From an uncultured Gemmatimonadales bacterium (GTDB taxonomy: Bacteria; Gemmatimonadota; Gemmatimonadetes; Gemmatimonadales; GWC2-71-9): 64,000 nucleotides of DNA. How positions within the stretch are numbered: position 1 is the stretch's first letter; the number at the start of each line of letters is the position of its first letter. The stretch is taken from contig CAWGED010000005.1 in assembly GCA_963821525.1 (NCBI GenBank), positions 544,001 to 608,000 on the forward strand, given 5' to 3'. Shown piece by piece: positions 55,745-64,000 of the stretch. The translations under genes and the position numbers were made by a program. The notes under the pieces are model-generated. The model was not told the DNA's origin and made no database searches. It was given only the letters and a program-made list of their open reading frames with translations.

Positions 55745-57414
55745 TTCGCCTCGAGGCACGAACGCGATCGCCGCAGGCCTGCTTGCCCTGCATGGGCTGC
55801 TGGCCTGGAGCGTTCGGGTCCCCGCGATCACGGCGGGCAACGATGACGCGGTTTATCTACTGCTGGCGCGCTCGCTCCGGAGCGGGCACTATGTAGATCT
55901 GTTCTACGTCGGCCTCCCCACCCATTCGCAGTACCCGCCGATCTATCCCGGATTCCTGGCACTACTGGGGAGCATCTTCGGTGAGCAGCTGGGCGTCTTT
56001 CTAGTCGCGAACATTCTGCTCTCAATAGTTGCGCTGGCCCTCTTCTTCTCGGTCGCTCGGCGGCGCGACCCGAAGATTGCACTCCTGGCACTCGGAGTTT
56101 GCGCGGTAAACCCGATGCTTTTGGCGATGGCGGGCGCTCTCCGGAGCGAGCCTCTGTGCATGGCGCTTACCGCGCTGGCCCTCTGGCTCGCGGATCGCCC
56201 GGTGGTCAGCACGCGCTTTCGTTTGGGATCTGCCGCTTCCGCGATCGGGGCCGCCCTGAGCCGTTCCGCCTCGGTCACCCTGGTAGCTGCGCTGGCTCTG
56301 CTGTGGGTACTTCGGAGGCAGTGGCGCGCCTTCGCGGCACTATCGGTAGCCGCCGCATTGACGGTCGGTCCCTGGCTGGTCTGGACCGTGGTCGCCCCGG
56401 ACAAGGTCGCCGGGCGTTCCTACATCGCCGATGCGACGCTGCTGACTCCCGCCCCCCAACCGCGCGAAAGCGGGGTGGTGACTCCTGACACGACCCCACA
56501 TTCGGAAGCCCAACAGGTCACGGCCCCATCTCCTCCGGGACTGGGCTCCGCCTTGATCGGCCGGGTGAAACAGAACCTGCCGGCCTATGCTGTCGTGTCA
56601 CTCGGAATCTTGGCAGTTCCGAGCCTGGCCGGTACCCGGGTGGACAACGTGCTTTGGCTGATCGTGATCGTGAGTTTCGGAGCGGTTGGACTCTGGGGAA
56701 TGTGGCGCTGGTGGACCGGGGCGTGTCTCGCGCTACTCTGCCAAGGCGCATTGCTGGCGTTCTGGCCCTACGTCCTCGAGCGATATCTCGTGCCTGTTCT
56801 GCCCCTCGCGATTATCGCGCTGGCCTTCGGGGCCAGCAGGATAGGGACCCTGTTTCCTCGACTCGAAGGGTGGAGTGGTTCTGCCTGCGGCGCTGGCCGC
56901 CGCGATCCTGGCGGGCGCGGCTCCTCTGGTTGGGGGAATGAAGACGAGGGCCTCCGAATGCCGCTCTACTATCCCCGAGCAAAGGTCTCGCTGTGGATCG
57001 CCAGAAGAGCGGGCCTTCTTCGAGGCCGCCGCCTTCATCGCCAGCTCCACGCCGGAGACTGCCCGATTCCTCGCCGCGAAGGAGGGCGCGTTCTATTACT
57101 ACACCCACCGCCAGGTAGTCCCCATCTATGGCGTCCTCGGCGGTGACGTGAAGGACATTCTCGCATACCTAGCCGAGAACGAGGCGGAGTATGTCTTCCT
57201 GAGCCATTTGAAAGTGGACGAGTGGGTGATCACCCGGCCGCTCGAGGCCATCTGTTCCGACCTCGATCTGGTTCACTCCTGGGGAGCGACCACGCTGCTG
57301 CTGCGGGTAGACAAAGGGTGCTGGAAGCAAGGCGACCTGCGAGGCAATCAGTGCCTACGCGCAGGCTCCGTGGGGAAATCGTCTCTTTCGGGCGGTGGAT
57401 CCGCGCTAGGCTGA
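55724..57414 (+). CDS. GT-C fold (ArnT/PMT-like) membrane glycosyltransferase (start uncertain; frameshift near 56875)
   Basis: NDDAVYLLLARSL, YPPIYP, RSEPL and ERYLVP; many TM helices. Confidence 0.7.
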
Positions 57415-59073
57415 CTCGATGCGCGGGCGAGGTGTTTCTTCGCGCGCGTAAGGCGTTTCTTCCCGATTCTCAGACGCGGGGCCTAGAACATCGGACAGCT
57501 CAGCCCGTCTCCGGAGATACATCGTTTCATCCCAGCTGTTCGGCACAGCAACGAATTCGCTGAAGACGATCCAGGTCGAGGTCAGCACTACCGCGGCGGC
57601 GCCAACGACGACCGGAGCGGTACGGGGGACTTGGAGCTCAATTGCCATTGCCAGCGCCAGTGCCAGGATGATGGCAACTACCGAGTGAGGCGACATCATG
57701 AGCCAGCGAGAGCCGGGGGAGGGCAGCTTGAGTGTCACCTCATAGGGTGCCGTTGGTCCGGCGGAGCGCGCGCCAGGCGGCAATGCACTGGTACGGCCAT
57801 TTGGCGAATTGGAGGAGGACAGAGCGCCAGTGGATCCCGCCTTCCCGGCTGCGGGTCCAGGAAGAACCGCCGGCGGAAGAGCCCAACGGTGGCGAGAAAT
57901 ACCATCAAGGCGGCGAGGCAAGCGAGCGGGATGATTCCGAGATAGGCTGGTGAGCGGCCGCTCAAGAGCAAATCGGCAAGTACGGCGTACGCAATCGGAA
58001 TGGTGAAAGCCCGCAGGTAGTAGGCGCCATGAAAGAGGCCGAGAAAGCGATCGGCCAGGGAGAGATCGCCCATCATCCGGGGCAACACGTGGAGCTTGAT
58101 GTCGATGACGCTCCGAACCCAACGGATCTGCTGCCTCAGATATCCATCCCAATCAACCGGCGTCATCCCCAGCGCAAGAATTTCGGGCAGGTAGATCCCT
58201 TCCCAGCGGCTGGCTCGATAGCGCAGAGTAATCAGCAGGTCGTCAGCATCATGCGCCGCAAAGCCGCCCACCTCCATGAGCGCCGAGATGCGCTGGGTCG
58301 TGTGGCTTCCGACCAGGATGGTCTGTCCCAACCCGTAGCTCGCCATCAAGTGGGTCGAATAGTAGGCGTAGCTCTCCTCCGCGGCGCCCTGGGCGATGAA
58401 GCTTGCGTCCTGGTTGTAGTAGACCTGCGGTGCCTGGACGTAGGCGACGAGGGGATCGCGGAAATAGCCGAGGACCCGGGTCAGGTAGCTCTTCTCGGGG
58501 ACGTGGTCCGGGTCGAATGCCGCGAGAATCTGGTATTGCCTGGAACCGATTTGACTGAGCCACGCGTTGTAGTTGCCGTACTTTGTGCCGGTGGCGAATC
58601 GATCCCTCGGTCGCCTGGAAATGGTCATGATGTTTTCGGGAATAGTGCCGGACGCCCAGTCTGCGGCAGAGGGCCGCCACCTCGGGGCTGTCTCCTTCAT
58701 CCAGGACCCAGGTGTCGTGGGGATAGTCCATGGCCCGCATCGCGCGAAGCGATTGGGCGAGCATGTCGATCGACTCGGCGGCTGGAACGAAGGTCGTCAC
58801 CACCGCCACCTTGAGCCCCGGTACCGCAGACACCGGCATCGGGCGGCGCATGCGCCACAGGAAGAGCCAGCGGCCGAACCAGGCTGCCAGATGGTAGACG
58901 AGGAGGGCGGTTGTGACCAGGAAGGCGGCTTCGAGAGCGCCTTGGCGGAACCAGAACCAGGCGAAGGCGGCGGTCGCTGCGAGAGCAAGGATCGTCAAGC
59001 CGATATACAGCTTTTGCTCTCCAGGACTCATGACCGGAGAACTCTCGACCCGAAGCGATTCGGTCGCGGCCAT
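57406..59073 (-). CDS. processive GT2 glycosyltransferase (cellulose-synthase catalytic-like; frameshifted)
   Basis: WVLDEG, TKYGNYN, FDPDH, VQAPQ, DDL and QQIRW (QxxRW); TM helices at both ends. Confidence 0.85.
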
Positions 59074-59427
59074 CCTGGCCGACTGCACGCCCATCACCCT
59101 CTTTCGTCCGTGGGGCAGTCGAGATTGTGGCAACAGTGCAACCACCTTGTTGCAGCGCTAGACCGGGAACGACCGACCCTAAAGGTGAGAAGGGCGGGGC
59201 GTTAACCAGGTTGACTCTCGCGGCAATTCCCGCACCACCCGCGCCTACTCTGTCGCCCCGCTTGGCTGAGCATCTATGTTCCGCCTCAAGTGCTTAGTGG
59301 ATTCGACTCTATCCTGGCAGACGCCGTCAACCAACACGCGCCGGTCACCCAAGCGCACAAGCTGGCCGGGGCGTGTGACACCCGCCGAGGCCGGTCTGCG
59401 CCTGTTGACCGGCAGACACAGTTCCGA

Positions 59428-60312
59428 ATGATTGAGCCGACCGAGGCAGCCATAACCCCGCGGAGCTCCGTCGTGGCCGACCTCCGCGCCATCGCCTCCG
59501 ACCTGGTCGAGTTCCGGGAGCTCCTGGTCGAGCTCACGATCCGCGACATCCGGATCCGCTACAAACAGGCGGTGATGGGAGTCTTCTGGGCGATCCTGAC
59601 GCCTCTCGTGTTGCTGTTATCAGGGTGGATTCTCCGCCTGGCTTTCGGTCGCCTCAGCGGAGAGGCTCCCAATGACCTGGCGATGGCGGGGCTGGCCGTC
59701 AAGTCGCTCGGCTGGGCCTTCTTCGTGGGCGCCCTCGGCTTCGGGACGGCGAGCATCACCGCGAACCTGGCGCTGGTGACCAAAACCTACTTTCCCCGCG
59801 AGATTCTGCCTCTCGCATCGGTGCTGACCCAGCTCGTGGATGCCGGCATCGGCACGTTGGCGCTGGTGCTGGCGCTGCCATTCTTCAGTGTTCACCTGTC
59901 CACTGCGTTCCTGTGGGTGATTCCACTGGTCTGCATGCTGATCATGATCACGACCGGGGCCGTGCTGCTCGGAAGCTGTGCCAATGTATTCTTTCGCGAC
60001 GCGAAGCATCTGGTACAGCTGATGCTGTCCTTCGGGATTTTCTTTACGCCGGTGTTCTTCGATCTCGACGCCTTCGGGCCGGTGGGTGTCCGGATTGCCA
60101 TGCTCAACCCGCTGGCGCCGGTCCTCGAGGGCCTGCGGCTCTCAGTGGTGCACGGTCATGACCTGCTCCAGCCGCTCACCTCGGCCCACGGGAATTATCT
60201 GGTCTGGGCTCCCTGGTACCTCGGGTACGCCGCCATCTGGGCCGTCGTTCTGCTGGGAGCGAGTGCCGTGATCTTTCATCGCTCCGAGTTCGTCTTCGCC
60301 GAGTACGTGTGA
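59428..60312 (+). CDS. wzm: polysaccharide ABC exporter permease
   Basis: RDIRIRYKQ..G.FW, KTYFPRE, FFRD, TPVF, NPL. Confidence 0.9.
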   Translation: MIEPTEAAITPRSSVVADLRAIASDLVEFRELLVELTIRDIRIRYKQAVMGVFWAILTPLVLLLSGWILRLAFGRLSGEAPNDLAMAGLAVKSLGWAFFVGALGFGTASITANLALVTKTYFPREILPLASVLTQLVDAGIGTLALVLALPFFSVHLSTAFLWVIPLVCMLIMITTGAVLLGSCANVFFRDAKHLVQLMLSFGIFFTPVFFDLDAFGPVGVRIAMLNPLAPVLEGLRLSVVHGHDLLQPLTSAHGNYLVWAPWYLGYAAIWAVVLLGASAVIFHRSEFVFAEYV

Positions 60313-61508
60313 GGCCGCGATCGGTCGGGCGGGTCGAGTTTGAAGCGGTCTGGAAGAAGTTTCGCACCGGCGAGCTGCACAACCGCCTGCGCGACTTTAT
60401 TCCAGCCATGGTCTCCCGTGCCTTCCGCGGCCGCCCCGCGGACGGTGCGCTCGGGGGCGGGGAGTTCTGGGCGGTTCGTGACGTCACCTTCACGCTGGGA
60501 CCGGGTGATACGCTGGGAATCATCGGGCCCAACGGCGCGGGAAAATCCACCGTTCTCAAGCTGCTCACCCGGATACTACGCCCGACTCATGGCCGGTGTC
60601 ACACCCAGGGACGAGTCGGAGTCCTGATCGAAGTGGCCGCAGGGTTCCATCCCGATCTGACCGGCCGGGAAAACATCTTCCTTCAGGGCGCCATCATGGG
60701 GATGCCACGGAAGGAAATTCTCCGGAAGTTCGACGAAATCGTCGCCTTCTCCGGGGTCGAGTGGTTCCTCGATACGCCGGTCAAACGCTACTCCAGCGGC
60801 ATGCACACCCGGCTCGGCTTCGCCATAGCGGCTCACCTCGATCCCGATGTGCTGATCATTGACGAGGCACTCGCCGTGGGCGACGCGGCATTTCAGCGGA
60901 AGGCGTTCGATCGAATCTCCGAGCTGGCGCGAAGCAACATCCCGGTCGTCGTGGTCTCCCATCAGCTGGAGACCATCGCCCGCCTCTGCACCGAGGCAAT
61001 CCTCATGACCGAGGGTGCGGTAGTCAAACGGGGCACTCCTCAGGAGTGTATCGCTGCGTACCTGGCTGCCGACCAGAACGCCTCCCGCCGCCCGACCCCC
61101 ACCGCCGTGGTCATCGAAGAAGTTCGAGTCGAGCCGGCGGCCGTGCGGTCGGGAGAATGGGCTACCCTCACACTGCATTGCACGGTTTCGGGCCCCGGCC
61201 CGTCAGCATCTGAAAGTGTCGGGGTCCGGATCCGATCGCCCGACAGCGGGCAGCCGGTGTTTGAAACCACGGTGCTGTCGCTGGGGCACGATCTGCCTCA
61301 AACGGGCCGTTTCGCCCTGACCATGGAGCTCCAGCTCAATCTCCCTCCCGGGATCTACCCACTGGAGAGCTTCGTGTGGAACCGGATGGCTGGCCGCGAG
61401 CTGGGTGGCGGCCCCGGCGGTGCGGTGCGGGTAGAAGGGGGCCAGGAATTTCAGGGTCTGGTGCAGATGAATGCCAGGGCTCAGGTCCTTACCTACGGGT
61501 CCGACTGA
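60309..61508 (+). CDS. wzt: polysaccharide ABC exporter ATPase with C-terminal Wzt_C domain
   Basis: GPNGAGKST, PVKRYSSGM, DEALAVGD, VSH. Confidence 0.92.
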   Translation: MRPRSVGRVEFEAVWKKFRTGELHNRLRDFIPAMVSRAFRGRPADGALGGGEFWAVRDVTFTLGPGDTLGIIGPNGAGKSTVLKLLTRILRPTHGRCHTQGRVGVLIEVAAGFHPDLTGRENIFLQGAIMGMPRKEILRKFDEIVAFSGVEWFLDTPVKRYSSGMHTRLGFAIAAHLDPDVLIIDEALAVGDAAFQRKAFDRISELARSNIPVVVVSHQLETIARLCTEAILMTEGAVVKRGTPQECIAAYLAADQNASRRPTPTAVVIEEVRVEPAAVRSGEWATLTLHCTVSGPGPSASESVGVRIRSPDSGQPVFETTVLSLGHDLPQTGRFALTMELQLNLPPGIYPLESFVWNRMAGRELGGGPGGAVRVEGGQEFQGLVQMNARAQVLTYGSD

Positions 61509-62314
61509 TGGCTGGCCGTGACGGTGCTCACCCGGATTGGGTCGCCTATGAACCGGCCCTGCTGCCCTCCCTCGCCCGCATGGCCTCCGAGGGCATCGGG
61601 GTGCTGGAAGAGTGGTTTCGCTGGGGAGAGGAATGGAGCATGCTGCTCCGGGTGTACGGCAACCTGGGATTCAGCAGGCGGGTTCTGGAGATAGGCTGTG
61701 GGCAGGGCCGGGTGGCGTTTGCGCTGCGCTACATCATCGGTGGGGGGACCTATATCGGGTTCGACATCGATCGGGACAAGATCGAATTCCTCCAGCGCAC
61801 CTTTCACTCCGCACATGCCAACTTTGAGTTCTCCTGGGCCGATGTGCGGAACAGCTTCTACAATCCATCGGGCCGGCTGGCGGCCACCGGTTACCGCTTC
61901 CCGGCGCCGGACCAGTCGCAGGACCTGGTCTTCGCAGCTTCGGTCTTCACCCACATGGTTCCCGAGAACACCGCCCATTATTTCGAGGAATCGGCCCGGG
62001 TGCTGGGTCCTGGCGGGCGTTGTGTGTTCAGCTTCTTTCTGCTGGACAATTACGTCCCCTTCCGGCCGCGCCGTCAGGGTTTCAACAACCCGCGCTTCGA
62101 GTTCAACCATGAGTACGGCGGGCATCGCCAGGACTTCGCGACCGTCGAGCCGTCCGATCCCGAACGGATGACCGCATACCGCCGATCGCTGATTGAACGT
62201 CTCGCCCGGGAGGCCGGCCTTCGCCTGGTTCAGGAGCCCTTGCCCGGCTACTGGTCGGGGGCATTCGACACCTGGATCGGCGCGCAGGACGTCGTAGTGC
62301 TCGAACGCCAATAG
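61508..62314 (+). CDS. class I SAM-dependent methyltransferase
   Basis: VLEIGCGQGR, SVFTHM, RVLGPGG. Confidence 0.88.
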   Translation: MAGRDGAHPDWVAYEPALLPSLARMASEGIGVLEEWFRWGEEWSMLLRVYGNLGFSRRVLEIGCGQGRVAFALRYIIGGGTYIGFDIDRDKIEFLQRTFHSAHANFEFSWADVRNSFYNPSGRLAATGYRFPAPDQSQDLVFAASVFTHMVPENTAHYFEESARVLGPGGRCVFSFFLLDNYVPFRPRRQGFNNPRFEFNHEYGGHRQDFATVEPSDPERMTAYRRSLIERLAREAGLRLVQEPLPGYWSGAFDTWIGAQDVVVLERQ

Positions 62315-62325
62315 GGTCTCACCCG

Positions 62326-63507
62326 ATGCCCACCGCCGTCCTCGATCTCGACGCCGAGCGGCTCCCCGACGAGATAGCCCTGCCCGCAAGGTACGGCCAT
62401 GCACTGGTGCTCTTTCGCTGGAAGCGCAAAGCGGTCGGCCAGGTCACTCTTGCTGTGCGAGACGGCAGGATCTCGGGAGACAGGATTCGGGATGCGCTGG
62501 CGGAGCGGTCGGCGCCCATCCTCCAGCAATGGTTGCACGATTACCTCGAAAGCGATTTGCGTCCTGCCGTTCCGGCTCTCCCCGCCACCGTTGCGGTTTG
62601 TACTCGTGATCGGCCCGGCGATCTAAGCAACTGTCTCGTCGCGCTTTCCAGGTTGAGGGATCAGGGTCAGGAGATCATCGTCGTGGATAGCGCGTCGCGG
62701 AGCGATCAGACCCAGCAGGTCGCGGCGCAATTCCCCCAGGCGCGCTATGTGAGGGAAGAACGGCCGGGGCTCGATATCGCCCGCAACCGAGCGATGCGCG
62801 AGGCGCGGCATCCGATCGTCGCGTTCACCGATGACGATGCGGAGCCGGATCCCGACTGGCTGTACCACCTCACCCAAGGGTTCGGCGACCGCCGGATCCT
62901 CGCGGTGACCGGTCTGACGATGCCGCTCGAGCTGGAGACACCGGCGCAGGAATGGTTCGAGCGGACCAATGGGTTTGGCCGCGGGTTCACCCGGACTGTG
63001 TATCACGGAACCAGTCACAATCCGTTCCTGGTTGCCCGGATCGGCGCCGGGGTGAATATGGCGCTCCGGCGCGAGACCATGGATGTGGTTGGACTCTTCG
63101 ATGAAGCGCTCGACGCCGGTACTCCGACCCGCTCCGGCGGCGATCACGACATGTTCACCCGGATTCTGATGGCCGGGTATTCGATTGGGTACGAGCCGGC
63201 GGCGCTGAACCGGCACCGCCATCGTCGGGAATGGGAAGGACTGCGGGACACGATCTACGGCTACGGGGTCGGGGTCTACTCGCACCTGACGGGGCATCTG
63301 CTTCGCAATCGCGAGCCGAGGGCGGTGTTGCTCGCGTTGGGGTGGTTGCGGGAACAGATCCCGACCCTGTTCCGCGCCCTCCTGCGGCGACCGGGTCATG
63401 TACCGCTCGATCTGGTGCTCGCTGAGCTTCGGGGCTGCGCCGCGGGTCCACGGGCGTATCTGGCCTCGCGGCGCGCGCTTGCCCGGCGGGGCAGGGAGGT
63501 GGGATGA
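62326..63507 (+). CDS. GT2 glycosyltransferase
   Basis: VCTRDR, VVDS, GLDIARN, FTDDD, GGDHD. Confidence 0.9.
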   Translation: MPTAVLDLDAERLPDEIALPARYGHALVLFRWKRKAVGQVTLAVRDGRISGDRIRDALAERSAPILQQWLHDYLESDLRPAVPALPATVAVCTRDRPGDLSNCLVALSRLRDQGQEIIVVDSASRSDQTQQVAAQFPQARYVREERPGLDIARNRAMREARHPIVAFTDDDAEPDPDWLYHLTQGFGDRRILAVTGLTMPLELETPAQEWFERTNGFGRGFTRTVYHGTSHNPFLVARIGAGVNMALRRETMDVVGLFDEALDAGTPTRSGGDHDMFTRILMAGYSIGYEPAALNRHRHRREWEGLRDTIYGYGVGVYSHLTGHLLRNREPRAVLLALGWLREQIPTLFRALLRRPGHVPLDLVLAELRGCAAGPRAYLASRRALARRGREVG

Positions 63508-64000
63508 CTCCACACGGCTCTCGCCCCGACATCAGCGTCATCATCCCCACCCACAACCGTCCCGCATCCCTGCTTCGTCTGCTTCACGCGTTGCAAGGCG
63601 GCTCCTTTCCGGCCAGGCGCTTCGAAGTGGTGGTGATAGCGGATGGCTGCACTGATGACACGGCGGCCGTGGTGCGTACCGTCCCGTGGTCGTTCGCCTT
63701 GCAGGTCCTGGAGCAAGATCCCGGGCGTGGAGCCGGTCCCGCTCGCAACCTCGGTGCGAGCCACGCGAACGGCGATCTGCTGGTATTCCTGGACGACGAT
63801 GTCGAACCGCTACCGGCCCTCCTCGCCGAACATCATCGGGCCCACGCTGAGGCGGGTGTCCCAGCCCTGGTGATCGGCCCGCCGCTCCCGGTCCGGACTC
63901 CGGATTCGAATTTCGATACGATCGGGGCGTGGGCCTGGTGGGAAGGTCAGCTGGCCAGCATGGGAAGGCCGGGACACCGCTTCAGTTTCACGGAAATTTT
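63504..64000 (+). CDS. GT2 glycosyltransferase (runs off the window end)
   Basis: Manual translation MTPHGSRPDISVIIPTHNR...VVIADGCTD...ARNLG...VFLDDD. Confidence 0.88.
   Translation, partial: MTPHGSRPDISVIIPTHNRPASLLRLLHALQGGSFPARRFEVVVIADGCTDDTAAVVRTVPWSFALQVLEQDPGRGAGPARNLGASHANGDLLVFLDDDVEPLPALLAEHHRAHAEAGVPALVIGPPLPVRTPDSNFDTIGAWAWWEGQLASMGRPGHRFSFTEI

Overview
This is a GC-rich bacterial chromosomal window. Gene content (SusC/SusD, several Hanks-type kinases, a GWxTD protein, an ADOP permease) suggests Gemmatimonadota, which is an inference. About half of the long genes are split by single-base indels, best explained as uncorrected long-read errors, so genes are reported across frames. 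In order the window holds: a TonB-dependent receptor; a TIGR00300-like ornithine cyclodeaminase, Fur and CcdA; an ABC exporter; ggt; a murQ-anmK-IclR-cyanophycinase-SusC-SusD locus; an FHA/kinase/PP2C/FHA-protease signalling operon; an amidase, a GWxTD protein and a kinase-TonB fusion; class II RNR (nrdJ); an accessory region of about 35.5-54 kb; and a Wzm/Wzt glycan locus. The most notable feature is an array of three small minus-strand genes at 42491-43127, two of them missing from the ORF track. They share an LxLxKx5L...GP(K/R)GG leader and carry divergent cores, so they look like double-glycine RiPP or signal-peptide precursors, with no maturation enzyme in the window. The window is also rich in repeats: heptamer hairpins, two copies of a ~175-bp palindrome, REP-like elements, and nonamer repeats lying inside protein linkers.
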